Shown: positions 14,869-27,224, counted from the whole stretch's first letter. The stretch: 61,748 nt of DNA, filler included, from Choristocarpus tenellus KU-1152 (GCA_964200185.2; 10 parts of 10 records of this genome joined end to end with filler, not necessarily neighbours in it); one strand, 5' to 3'. The notes: generated by a model from the letters alone, not told the origin. Numbers and translations are program-made.

Positions 14869-15695
14869 AAAACAACAATAATAAAATAATGGTAATAATA
14901 ATAATGATAAAAATAGTCATAATAATAATAATAATAATAATAATAGGTAAAAACAAGAGAGGGATGCAGATAACAGTAATACAAAAAAGGAAATGGCAAC
15001 TGTTCATGATATTTAATTTATTTTTCACAGAAATGAAATGCAAACGAACTATCCATACAAAGAAAAAAAAAACAAATAACTCTTACTCTGAAAATACTTA
15101 ATATTACTATAATACATGAATAAGGACGGTGTTACAGTAAATCGAGGTTAGGTTTAGGGTTAGGGTTAGGGATCTGAATACTTCGACAAGAGAAATATAT
15201 ATATACATACATAACTGGCCAACACATTTGAGTGAAATGTAGACAAACTGAAAAATAACTGAAAATAACTGAAACTGAACAAAACAACAAAACATCAAAA
15301 CAACAAAAAAACAAGAAAAAAATAATTTTGATCAAGATTTAAACCCTATCCCTAACAAAACAAGAGCAAAGTACACAGTACATAAAAAAAGAGTAAACTC
15401 TTACTTTTAATAGTTTCCATGTATACATAAATGACTAATCAAGGTACTCCAAAAAAAACAAGAAATGTGTTGATGCGGTAGAAAAAATAAAATAACAAAA
15501 AAAATAAGAACCAAAATTTAAATTTAATTTTAAACGTACCAAAAACAACAACAAAAAACTCGTAAGAGGTTGTTGTCGTGGTAGCATTTTCAATTTTAAA
15601 AAATGCAATGAACACAAAGTAATCAGATGGTCAAATAAAAAGAAGAGAAAGCCGCACCTCATCAAGAGCATCCCTTGTTAGCTGCCTCAATTGAT
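7264..15695 (-). CDS. CDC16: Anaphase-promoting complex subunit 6 (Cdc16/Cut9), N-terminal TPR part, multi-exon, partial
   Basis: Minus-strand exons: 15695-15658 (DQLRQLTRDALDE), 14821-14735 (SMPETAAFYADKLVTFSQFAREDVLLLAK), 12559-12447 (AYYACGLYLRVVQLL...RACHLAALS), 11051-10952 (LHAADKVEDCVVLL...), about 8205-7961 (acceptor uncertain; ...CCLRGKAYALLDNRSRAVVWLRAALEVDVRCVEAL) and 7284-7264 (WHLLSS, contig end). This matches the Cdc16 pattern A.F.ADK...D...LA, C.LRGK.Y..LDNR..A...AL..D..C.EA...HLL. The first exon was not resolved. Confidence 0.85.
8638..8679. repeat. Interstitial telomeric repeat, about 7 CCCTAA units
   Basis: Read directly from the sequence. Confidence 0.95.
9364..9974. repeat. 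27-bp minisatellite (about 22 copies) in an APC6 intron
   Basis: Unit GAATGACTGTATCAAAACAAATGTATT, with recurring variants. Confidence 0.95.
11468..11578. repeat. 53-bp tandem duplication
   Basis: CAACCTGATTAGTCAAATACTTCTCGAAACATCAAAAAGATGTCCA.AACTCT occurs twice. Confidence 0.9.
12180..12445. repeat. (CACAT)n pentanucleotide microsatellite adjoining an APC6 donor site
   Basis: A degenerate CATCA/CATAA array. Similar tracts lie at 9215-9290, 10355-10397 and 13015-13167. Confidence 0.9.
13412..13575. repeat. About 40-bp composite minisatellite
   Basis: TCATCAATTTATCTATTACTCATTAACAATCTATCACTCA is repeated about 4 times. Confidence 0.85.
13597..13651. repeat. Interstitial telomeric repeat, about 9 CCCTAA units
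   Basis: The longest telomere-type tract in the window. It is intronic. Confidence 0.95.
14258..14720. repeat. 17-bp minisatellite (about 27 copies) in an APC6 intron
   Basis: Unit ATTGATGAGTACCTTAC. Confidence 0.95.
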
Positions 15696-15993
15696 CTGAA
15701 AGTGTTTTAAAAGAGAGATTGGGGGATAGGTAGAAAATAATAAAGGTATTGAGATTCGATTAACAAACCTCGTAGTAGTATTATAAAAGAAGTTATGGAT
15801 ATTGACCTCTCGCTGTAGGTACTGTCCATTACTATCACGTACATAGATGTGGATGGACTTCATTCAATCAATCAAAATAAGAAGGTTCACGAAATGTCAT
15901 TCAAGTTGTATGGCGACGTCTGAAGTTTGTGTACCAATGTCTGTAGACCAAAACAAGGCCATGCAAAGCCTGTAGAGTCACCAGATGGATACC

Positions 15994-16158
15994 CGTTTCA
16001 ACAAGAACAATGCCAGTTTCAATAAGAACAATGCCAGTTTCAACAAGAACAATGTCAGTTTCAATAAGAATAATACCAGCTTCAAGGAGAATTATACAAG
16101 TTTCAAGAAGAAGAACACCAGTTTCAAGAATAATTATACCAGCTTCAAGAAGAATAAT
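15994..16158. repeat. 21-bp minisatellite (about 8 copies)
   Basis: Unit GTTTCAA(C/T/G)AAGAA(C/T)AAT(G/A)CCA. Confidence 0.9.
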
Positions 16159-16653
16159 ACATATCGAAGTACAAAAAATAAACCCAACCTCATGCCCTTT
16201 TGGGGTTGGGACCAGGGTTCTTCACCAAACGTCTCAGGAATAAAAGGGTCAATGTCAAGGCTACAAACAACCTACTAATCATCACAACTGTTCCAGAACC
16301 CACAACTTCAATATAAGTTATAGGGTTAGGGATAGGGGAAAAGCTTGAGTTTAAGGCTCCGGTTGGAGTTAGCGTTGCACTATGAAGGACAGGTTGAGAA
16401 AGACAGGTTGAGAAAGACAGGTTGAGAAAGACAGCATCAAATGAACATAAATGAGAAGATAGTTCTATCTAGTTCTATCTAGTTCTATCTAGTTCTATCA
16501 TCTTGATTCAACCAACCACAAAATAGTGTGTGTGAGGGGGGGGGGGGGGGGCACGCCAGCACCCTTTTCCCCGCGCGGAGCAGNNNNNNNNNNTTGCCTC
16601 TTTACTTTGTTTTCGCGTCTTTCTATTTGATGGCATAGGAGAAGAAAAAGAGC

Positions 16654-16693
<40 letters not shown>

Positions 16694-17334
16694 AGCTATG
16701 CAACTTTTCCCCCCCTATATGTCTGCCTGCCTGCTGCCAGTCTATCTCTGTATGAAAAAAAAATCTTTAGCAGACAAAAAGTTCAAAATTGGCAAGGTTG
16801 AGAGATTGCTTGAGGCGAACAACCTAACCCTAACCCTGTCAATACTGCATTGCGAAAAACCTAACCCTAACCCTAAATCAAGTACAAAGTTAATACATCG
16901 CAAAGAACCTACCTAACCCTAACATATACGGTATGAGGGATTATGTACTAAAATAATAAAATAAACAGTATAAACACGTCCAGAACATTCTTGAGACACA
17001 CCAAACAAACTGAATTCTGCAATATGTTCTGACACATCATATCACATGACATCACAGTAAGATATACCACACAACATACACTCCACAAACACTATTTGTA
17101 AATGTGAAAATATTTTAAATGAAGAGGCACTCAGACACGTCATTTAAAAGAAAACAAACACTATAAAAAATATTAAAACAATAAAATAAGTTAATAAATA
17201 AATAAATAAAAGTAACAAAGAATGTGGCTCAACAAGCGTAAGGTGTTGACAAGGTATTGTATAGAAAAATATAAAAGAGAAATAAAACTGACCTACAATG
17301 ATGAGAATCAAAACATCACACATCAAAAGAGAGA

Positions 17335-17690
17335 GAAGAATTTGGAAACAAGAATAAGAACAAGATAAAATACATCCATACCAAGAACAAATAAATAGAA
17401 AAAATATATATACAAAAATAAAGAGAAAAAGAAGCATTTGGAAATAATAATAAGAACAAAATAAAATAATCCATATCAAGAACAAATAAAGAGAAAAAGT
17501 TTATATACAAAAAATGAAGAGAAAAAGCATTTGGAAACAATAATAACAAAATAAAATACATCCATACCAAGAACAAATAAACAGAAAAAGTTTATATACG
17601 AAAAATAAAGATAAAAAGAAGCATTTGGAAACAATAATAAGAACAAGATAAAATAATCCATATCAAGAACAAGAAAACAGAAAAAGTACA
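17335..17690. repeat. A-rich tandem repeat (units of about 90-100 bp, about 4 copies)
   Basis: GCATTTGGAAACAATAATAAGAACAAAATAAAATA...CCATA.CAAGAACAA recurs. Confidence 0.8.
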
Positions 17691-18088
17691 TATACAAAAC
17701 ATTTAACAGTTGCAGAGTAAGTTTGTTGCATCACCAGGAACACATTAGACCTTTCTGAGAAAGAGAGGGAGAAAGAGAGGGAAAGAGAGGGAGAAAGAGA
17801 GGGAAAGAGAGGGAAAGAGAGGGAGGGGGGGAAAGGGCGATTCTCGACTATTTGAGATTTTAAATTGCCTTCACGATCCGTGTGCAACACTCTCTTAATT
17901 AACAACACTCTCTTAATTAGCACTCTCTTAATTAAAAACTCTCTCAATTAACAACTTTCTTCCCCATCACAAGACAGATTTCAAAAATTTTGTTCATTGT
18001 TAGGCCCTTTGGAAGTACTTTTGATTACAGGCATATAACGGTCTTCCTGCTATCCTGATGATGGACCCAGATCGACCGCAGTAGCCCC

Positions 18089-18206
18089 TACAAGTACTTG
18101 GTGTTCAACTGGAGTACTTGGTGTTCAACTGGATGAAGTAAAAGGACAACAAGTACTTGGTTTTCAACTGGAGTACTTCGTGTCCAACTGGATGAAGTAA
18201 AAGGAA
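18089..18206. repeat. Nested 20-bp/59-bp tandem duplication
   Basis: CAAGTACTTGGTGTTCAACTGGAGTACTTGGTGTTCAACTGGATGAAGTAAAAGGA occurs twice. Confidence 0.85.
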
Positions 18207-18377
18207 ATGGTGTCATAGATCCCGAGGTTGTTGGTTTCTTGAGGAGGATCGTATGGCAAGTCTCTCAACGCTGTCTGATGCCACTCCCTTTGCATTTGAA
18301 CCCTTTCCTCCTATGGCAAGCTTAGAGTGGGATATGAAGCACTAGCATCCTTCTGTTCACCATAGTCCTTGCCTAGC

Positions 18378-18582
18378 CTTGATATCATCTTAGTACAGTT
18401 GTCAGACATCTCTTGATATCATCTTAGAATATTTATCAGATATCTCTTGATATCATCTTAGTATATATTTATCAGATATCTCTTGATATCATCTTAGCAT
18501 ATTTGTCAAGCATCTCACGATATCATCTTGTAGAGTTAAGACATAACTCTTGACATCTCAATATAGTTGTCAAGCATCTCTT
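18378..18582. repeat. About 34-bp minisatellite (about 6 copies)
   Basis: Unit CTTGATATCATCTTAG.ATATTT.TCAGA.ATCT. Confidence 0.85.
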
Positions 18583-18976
18583 ACACACACACACACACAA
18601 ATGAACTGGCTACTCTGATCAATCAATTAGGTTACGCTCTTTACAACACAGAAATATCCAACTAGAAAATTCAACACAAAAATCAAATGCCTCTTACAGG
18701 AAAAAAAGACAAAAATATTTGAAATAAAAAGAAGCGAAGGTAATACACAAAATAAAAAAAACACGCCTGACATCTACAACAACAAAAAAAACTCTCCCAC
18801 AAGAGGGCAAAGTGTGGCTTCAGAAGAGGATATTGTCAATAAGTTTTAAATCCACTGACATCTTAGCCCAAAGCACCCTCCCACAGAGCAAAAATATCCA
18901 CTAACACAACACATCCAAATATGACATCCATAGCGGGCATACAAATCTCAATGACCCCCCCTTCCTAGGTCGTTCG

Positions 18977-19151
18977 TACATACACATATACATATACATA
19001 CACATATACATATACATACACATATACATACATATATACATACACATATGCATACACATACACATATACATATACATACACATATACATACACATACACA
19101 TATACATATACATACACATATACAAATACATACACATATACATATACATAC

Positions 19152-19184
<33 letters not shown>

Positions 19185-19185
19185 C
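18977..19185. repeat. (CATATA/CACATA)n microsatellite
   Basis: Read directly from the sequence. It explains the MYMY, VYVY and HTHI ORFs. Confidence 0.95.
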
Positions 19186-20999
19186 TCCTGGAGTGCTCCA
19201 CTGTACCAGGGGAAAATGGCACAGGTTAAGCGACCCTAAGAGTGATGGGTGTTGGACTTGACCTCTTCACCTTTACACAGCCGATAGCTCACTGTTAAAC
19301 TTGAGACACTCTTCAGGTTAGTGAGTGCCAGTCAGCACATGTCTCCTTTGTGGAGGTGTCTAAACCAAGCAAGGACTGAGCCACACGGACAAATTGCGGA
19401 TAAGATCTTTCTTAAAAATGACCCTCAAGTTCGCGCAGACAATAGGAACAATAATTATAATAAAAATAAAAATAAAAATAATTAAAGAGTATCAAAGGAG
19501 TTTTCTTTTTGTAAAAAATAACAGTAATTATGATAGTAAATCAAAATGGCGATAAATCGAGGCAAATACTAACATACTACAGGAAAAACTAAAAAATAAC
19601 CACAGTAATAGTAAGTAATAATACTACACAACTACTCCTACTACCCCATCACAATAACAAGTGAGACACACATACTATCTACGAGGAGGGTGCAGTTGAG
19701 TTTTTACCCTAACCGTAACCCTAACCCTAACCCTATGACTGTGGTGTGGTACATTTGTATTGAACACTACCATGGAAGGCGTTTTTTGGCTAGAAATGTG
19801 TTACATGTCATTGCTAATCTTCTCTTCTCCACCCATACTCTACCTAGAGGGTATAAGTGCATTTCAGTCATGGGTATATTTTTAGTGTAAATTGTACAAG
19901 GTTCAAGACAGCCTTTAAAAACCTCTCAAGAACCTTTCAGTGAAGTAGTTGTGATTTTTTTCTTATTTCACAGTAACTATAAAAATAACAAATTTGAAGC
20001 ATTGAACACAAAAAAAAATACTGCAGTACCATTTCTATTAAAAAAATAAATATTCTGGGTACTAACTTCTAGCTGATAACAGAAACAGACACAGAATGCC
20101 TTTTCACCGCTAGTCAGAAAAAAAACAACTGTAAAACAGTTTTCCCACAGGATGGAAAGAAGCTTGATTCAATACTATTAGTCATTAAGGTGCAACACTT
20201 CAGAGAGGAAATAATTTAACATAGAACAATAACAATAATTTTCTGTGAAATTTCCGATTCACTACATCACGCTGGAAAAATAATAATAAACAGAATTTTA
20301 AATTGTTCTAAGAATTACTACAACAAAAGAAGAAGCACGATATTGCAAAATAAAGCTTCCCATGCTCCACAAATAATGGTAGTAATCATTTCATTTTCAT
20401 TATCCACCGACTTCATAAAATATATTGGACGAGTACCATCCCAGATTTTTTTTTTGAATACCAAAAAAACAAAAATTACAACATACTACACAGCAAAAAT
20501 GGTCTTCTTGAAAGAGGAGGGCAGAAAAAAAAAGATGTATTGGCATATTGACGTACTGACGTATTGACGTATTTTGACGTATTGACTGCGAGAATTCCCA
20601 TCACTCCCTTTTACAGAACCCTCGCCACAGTGATGTTGAAGTACTGCCATCAATGCCGCAGTAACCATTGACACTAAAGGCAAGCTAAAGGCAAGCTTGT
20701 GCGTGGTAATTGACTTATTTCTAAGAAGGTTGTATCACCCTCTATTTCAGAGGTCATTGCGGTACTTTCCGCGTAGATGGAGATAATAAAAATAATAAAG
20801 TGAATATTTTCATGTCAGAGGTGCGGCCACACTTCACACAGTGGACAAAAGCAGTGAAATAATCCTGTTCCGTATCATGGAATAGCAAAGGGTGTCTGCT
20901 CACAACATAGAACGTTCTTAAACATTGAGGAACATTCTTGGCAGAGTGACCCCAAGAAAAAAAGGGGAGAAAATAAAATATTTACTGGGAATCGGTTCT

Positions 21000-22500
21000 G
21001 GTCACTGTTATTCCTTGTGTATGCACTTCATCAGAGTATCCACATTGGGTGCAAGGATCCCACCTAGTGAAGTGTGCCTTATCTTCTAATGATATAACAA
21101 ACCCAACTCCACAGTAAAAACAACAGCACCTAGCATTGGTTGTTACTGAGGGTTGCAGCAAGTCCAGCAAACCAACAAGAGCAATCTTAAAATGCCACTT
21201 GCAGCGGAGAGGGTGTGGGGCCTGTAACACCAAAATAATCCTGATCGAAGGCAAAAAAATGCCTTCCATCACTTATCTATTCATAGAGATGCACCTTTAG
21301 CCAGCGCATACCTCAGAACACCTCCGCTTTGAGTGGACAAAACAAGGTTCAGTGGTGTTTATGAGAAGGATGCAAGATCAATTGCAAACGGCGTACACGA
21401 GGAATGGAGATGCATCTTCACATACGACAAGCTACGATTCAAATCGATGCGAACCTTTTATTTTGCCATTCCTAAGCAGCGTGGAGCGATCTCAAGAATC
21501 CATACTTTTTTTTGTCATGCCATCCACCCCTTACCCATTGGTATTCAAACTATAATGGTGCTCATGCTGGCTGGCGCGGTGCCAAGACCAACTGACCCTA
21601 GGTGGCGATCCAAGATACTATAAGCTAGCACGATTTCCTTCGCTGAGTGTGGATTTATCATATTTGAGGGTTAACCACGTTGGAGGATTCATCACATGCG
21701 AGGGTTGATCAGATAAGAGGATTGATCACAAAGGAAGGTTAATAACATAAGAGAGCAATGGAGGCACCCGCTTCTCACCTGCGACGTCGGAATTTGCCGA
21801 TGAGTGGCCCTCTCCTCCCCCCACATCGCTTCCAGACTCTGTGCGCACAGATACCTTCGCCTTCGCCTTCCCCTTGCCCTTTCCCTTCCCTTTGCCCTTA
21901 CTCGGGGTCACCCCTGAGTCGTCTCCAGAAGAACTGTAAACCATCCCAGCGGATGTTGGTTGGGAGAGTCTCCTATGATCCCGACCCTGGCCAATGAACC
22001 GTCCTGATTGCTCCAGTTCGCTGCTGGGGGGAGTGGTGGCACGCTTACGCTTGGAGGGGATATAGGAGTCTCTTGGGGGGCGGAGCGAACTCGTGGTCAC
22101 CACTAGCGCGGACGGGGTGCTAGGCCCGTCACGCGTCCACGTCCATCAAATGCCCCTTAAAGCTACCAAAATCACTTGGTGACAAGCTGCAGACTGGGAA
22201 GGTCTTGTTCACTCTTCCCGTACCCCACACTCAATCCTTTCTGATACAGCAACAAGAACTAAAATTCGTGCAGTCGGGATGCCAACAATGGGAGAGCCAA
22301 CTTCTTATCACGCCAGTCAAGCTGTTGCGAGTTGCTATACTTTTTTGTGGTCTAGCGTTCACCTCCTGGAAATTTAAACAACCTTTCTTGGTATGGGTTA
22401 TGGGATCGAGTAGGTTGAAAGGTCAAACACCACTGCGCGCTTTGTTTGCAGCTCGCAACATATTCGACGCACGAACTGTTCGTCATACAACCTTATAACT
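21000..22500 (-). pseudogene. Degenerate intronless ORF of unknown origin
   Basis: A CpG-rich, coding-like stretch with a KRKR...KGKGKGKAKAK low-complexity block (21726-22103) and scattered stops on both sides. Confidence 0.3.
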
Positions 22501-23639
22501 CAAATGATCATGTGTATACCATTTTGTCTCAATCAAGTGGACAACTTGGTTTTGGTATATACCAACATCAAATTGTGGATGAGGTGGCCACCCACGTGAC
22601 GACAGCACATGTAAGAGCCTAATGGTGGTATTGCAATGAAAGAAATGCCGATTAAGAAGTATGTGCGTTCAGATAAAGGAATGTCCCCTGAGATGTACGA
22701 TCGTTGGTGCAAGCATGCGTGGCAAAGTAGGTGAGACGAGCGTGACTGATGAAATTCGTAGAGCTGACAAATGAAAAAGGGTGATGGATTAAAGTGTAGA
22801 GAGGAGAACAATGTGGAGGATGGAGAATAAAGAAATGTGTGAGTAGGCAAGAGAGGGTATTGGTGGGATTGTCTGGAGAGAAATGTCGACTAAGAAGTAC
22901 GTTCATTTGCTAAAGGAATTGTGGCAATCAATGTTGTTTGGGGGAATTTCAATGTTGAAATTCGTACTGTTGATGGATGAGCAAAGATGATGTGCAATTG
23001 TGCATTGAAGGAGAGTTGGAAGGGTAAAGATTAACGAAACGTGTATGTATGCAAGAGGGTGTTGAAGAAATTGCATTGAGACAAACGTTGATAAAGAAGT
23101 ATGTTCGTTTTGGTGAAAGAAAGTGTGGCGATATCATTGATGCGAAAGTTGGTTTTGAAACTTGAAGCGTTGATGAATATTCAAAGGTGGTGTAAAATAG
23201 TGTATACGTGGAGCACTTAATGGAAGGATGTAACACGGTACAAGAAGACAGAAGATGTGAATGGATTGTTTTGTGAAGACAATGATGTTTTGTCGAGAGT
23301 GGTAAACATTGAAAAGTTGCCAGGATTAATGTATTCTCCAAAAATCGAAAGGAAAGAGCAATGGTACACATAAAATGTTTGAGGCTTGAAGTCGTTTGTG
23401 GTGTGGGTTCGTGTAATTGATGCTGGGGGTGAGTTCATTGTTGCTGCACAATTCAACGTGTGACTCAAAGTATCTGGGGGGNNNNNNNNNNNNNNNNNNN
23501 NNNNNNNNNNNNNNNNNNNNNNNNNTTAATTAATTAANNNNNNNNNNNNNNNNNNNNNNNNNNNNNNNNNNNNNNNNNNNNCACCAACCCCACCTCTTTT
23601 CGCCCCCCCCCCGGTCGCGAGGGGGGGGCCAGGGCGGGG

Positions 23640-23821
23640 GGGTGGGGGGGGGGGGGGGGGGGGGGGGGGTTCTACACCAGAGTGTCCATTTGGGTCATAA
23701 CCAGGAAAGTGCACTTGCATTATCCATCCGACATATGCAACCAAATCATCCAAAAATTGCGACATGAAAAAATTGACCCCAAATGAACAGCCGCCCCCCC
23801 CACCCCCAGATACTTTGAGAC
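23640..23821 (-). mobile_element. MITE family B copy at contig start
   Basis: Poly-G, then CTACACCAGAGTGTCCATTTGGG...CCCCCAGATACTTTGAGAC. Confidence 0.75.
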
Positions 23822-26380
23822 AGGTTTGCCTTGTGTGATTAACTTGACTGAACCTAGAAGCGAGACCACATTGGGAATAAGCCAAGTTCAGTTTGAACCA
23901 GACACCTCTTACTTGAGATAAAATTAGCAGGGATGGTGCGGATACTATGTGGTACATGATTGTATTTCTTGTGAAAAATGTGGTTCATGTTGCTTTCGAG
24001 TTCTATGTTGAGCATTCTATTGTTCATGTAAGATTAATACACATCTTGCACTACTCAGGCATGTGATCCAGTTGTACTCAACTTCCGTTTTCTACTGCTT
24101 ATGATGGTCAGTGCACCCATCGAAACGTTGTCAAGAGTAGCTTAAATCTCACCAATCCAAAATTGTAACATAGCCAAATGCTTCCTATCATATTGCAGTG
24201 ATTTCTGGCCTGGGAAGACCCAACTCCTGTTCCACCACAACGTTTTGATTTTCATTTCACCCGGTGCTATACATCATGCCGTCCTTGGCCTTGTTGACTG
24301 TGTGGATGATGTGTAGTGAATTTTCTTTTGGGCGTTAAGATGAGGCCTTGATGTGATCAAGCGCATCTTGTTGCCTTTGAATGAAAAATGTTGAATCCAT
24401 GGGCAGATGTGGAGTTGGATACTTGAAGGATCACAATGTAGGTGTGTATATTGCACTCTAGGCTACTGATGGTTCCAGCACTTTCTGGTGCTGCTTCTAT
24501 TTTCAATCACATTTTTTTATGCGTTCATAGTTCATGCTTGGATCGGCTAAAAGAGAGGGGCAACAACACAGGTTCTTATCTCTGGTGCATTGGACTCTGC
24601 TCCATTTAATGGCAATGCTATGCATCTCGCAGCTTGACACCATGGTATTGGTGTGGGTGCCTTAGCCGTACCCTTAATCAGGCAATCAGATATCCCATCC
24701 CTCCGTACCCAGGTCTACTAGACCTGGTGAAACCCTCCATGAAGTTGTGGGTGGTTTCACCAGCTGCACACAATTGGATGTTGGGTGTTAGTGTCAGCAA
24801 AGCAAATTTTTGACTATCAACAGTATTGATGGTAGTGTGCTGAAGGCGTGGCCCTGAATGGTGTAGTGTCTCCTTGGAAGGTGAAGCTCTTTGGCTAGCA
24901 ATCAAGGCCGCAAGTCTAACAAGGAAAACAAGGAAACATGCTTCAGAAGCACTCGTGATAAATGTGGAAGGTATTTGGTCCTGATGAGAAGTGCAAGAAA
25001 GGGTTGTAGGGCATGGCACCTCCTGCACCCAGGTGTTCTTTCCATATACCAGGATCAATGATTGTGCTGGTTTCAGCAAGCAAGTTGCTTAAGCTACAAC
25101 GACAATATTTATACACAATCAGTGCTGTAGTTACTCTGACTTGTAGAAATGGTCCACAAGAATAATGAGAATATTACGGTACTGCAGTATAGTGTACGTT
25201 CATTCATATGAAATGTAAATGTACTCAGTACAAAATACTATACATAGCATATATATAAAATAAAGAGATCCTCGTATAATTCCAACAGGCATGACTGTAG
25301 GATCCTAGGTAAGTGTACATAATGATGAGTCGAACAACCACAATTATTTAGATGGGGCAACCCTGCACTGTTGTATGGAATGTAGTGGACATGTTGGGGG
25401 TTAGATGGGTGATCGGGTGAGGCAACACGAACACATCGTGTATGATGTGGTAGTGCCGTTGGAAATCGGGCAGTAGTAGGATTGGAACAAATTGATAACA
25501 TTCTCATGGGAAATTTTATGTGTGTATATCGCCAGGAATATATTACTAGTACAAACAATATGCTGCCCACGAACAGAGTGTACCCTAGTCAGAAAGTAGT
25601 GGTGGATTTAAATAGCCAGCGTTTGTGCGGAGGGGCTAGGTTGGTAGGGATTATTACGTGAGTGAGTCAAAGTAAACGAGAGGTACGATTTTTTTTTTTG
25701 TTCGCATTATATTGATTGCAATTCCTCCATATTTATATGGATGCAGTGCTAATTTTGACTTGATAGCGCTGATTGCTCTCTATTGTTTGAAACTTAACAC
25801 AACCCAGAAAATATTCTACACGTATATGTAAAAAATGTGGCATTTTGCACGTATATGGTGGCATCCTTTAAATGCAACTGGTTTTTGCTTAGTGTGGTTG
25901 ATAGGTTGTCTAGTTCGAAGTATGCATTTTCTTAGTGTTGAGACACTCCTTCTTGCACGGACACTTTGCCGCACGGTGGTAGCTGTGTCATCGGTGAATT
26001 CACGATCCAGTAGTAGGTAGGTACAGAGTATTCACAACCTCTCTCCTTTGTCACGAGTGCAAAGTACTTAGTTTGGCTCACTACTTGTGTAAATGCTACA
26101 TGTGTGTGTGGCGAAAATAGTTGTGAATCTTTATGTGGAAAGGCATTAGACGGAATGGGGGTCTCTGCATACGGTATTTTTTTCTTAATAGGGCCAGTTA
26201 TTCCATGCCTACATACCTAGCAGGGCAATCTCCTTTTGGAGTCCTTCGCAAGTAGTGCGCCTAGCAAAAAAAATCGAGGTGTGCGCGATTTAGTAGTAGT
26301 TAGTAAACTATTAATAACAAAAAGGTGTATTGTATGGTGGTAGAAAATACAACCAATTTATAATACTTTGCACTTTATAT

Positions 26381-26470
26381 CAAACAAGGTAGACAAACAT
26401 ACACCAAAATCGCAGCATTGGATTTTGGTCCTCAAACGGGTGCGGCTCTACCCTCTAAGATACTTTGACT
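26381..26470 (-). mobile_element. Truncated MITE family A end
   Basis: AAAATCGCAGCATTGGATTTTGGTCCTCAAACGGG...CTCTACCCTCTAAGATACTTTGACT matches one end of family A. Confidence 0.7.
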
Positions 26471-26807
26471 AGGAAAAACAACGATCTATTTACTATTTTA
26501 CTGCCGGCTATGCTGTACCACTGCCTTCCTGTGCCTCCAACCTAGCATATTCCTGCAACCCAAGGTGAGAAGCTAGGGAAGCATCCCAAGAATCTAACAA
26601 GCCCCTCCTCGCTCATCTCACTGGTAACTCCAGCTTAAAACACACCACACGTCTGGACAGTGCCACCTGCGTTGTAACAGAGACTATTTGTCGTAGACGA
26701 GATTTGACCGCCCCTTTTCTGCTGTAGCCTCCAGTTCCTCTCCCCCCTACTGCATGCGTAGCTAGCTCATCCAGGAAACCATCCGCTTTCTTACCAAGGT
26801 TTCCGAA

Positions 26808-26847
26808 CCTAGTCCTAACCCTAACCCTAACCCTAACTAACCCCAAA
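26808..26847 (-). repeat. Telomeric-repeat insertion in the CRE reading frame
   Basis: 40 nt between the codons for VES and FGNLG, read on the minus strand as TTTGGGGTTAGTTAGGGTTAGGGTTAGGGTTAGGACTAGG. Confidence 0.85.
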
Positions 26848-27224
26848 ACTTTCCACCTCGAAGGTGTTGAAGTTATAACTACGAGGATCAAAAGAGCCCT
26901 TGTAGTGGGTGCACTGTCACACCTCAGCTGCAGCAGCAGCTACACCATTGCAGGTGGATGAGTGTTGCAGGTGAGATGCTGCCTGCACTTCAGCAAACGT
27001 AACATCCAGGAGGAGGCCTTTGCGTCTGTATGGAACAGATCCGGCATCCGCGAGTGCACCAGCATCGAAGACCAGATCAATGCGGAAATTCCTGTCTACA
27101 GTGAATGGACTGTCGTCCTCCATAGTGCAAGGGATGCCCATTCCTTTGCATAGTTTCCCCAGACGCTTCACCATTGGGATGTGCTGGGGAACCTATCCTC
27201 TTGCCCTAGGGCAGGTGCGGGCAT

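Noticed and set aside
15807-15863. Candidate first exon of APC6 (MKSIHIYV... or MDSTYSE...)
   Set aside because: The donor is weak (GTCAAT), and the phases (0 or 2) do not match the phase-1 start of the 15695 exon.
15985-16278. 97-aa FNKNNAS-repeat ORF
   Set aside because: It is explained by a 21-bp VNTR, with no domain or splice support.
18901-19239. MYMY, VYVY and HTHI ORFs
   Set aside because: These are microsatellite translations.
24000-25100. Possible decayed LINE ORF on the minus strand
   Set aside because: It looks coding-like, but I could not read any diagnostic RT, endonuclease or RNase H motif.
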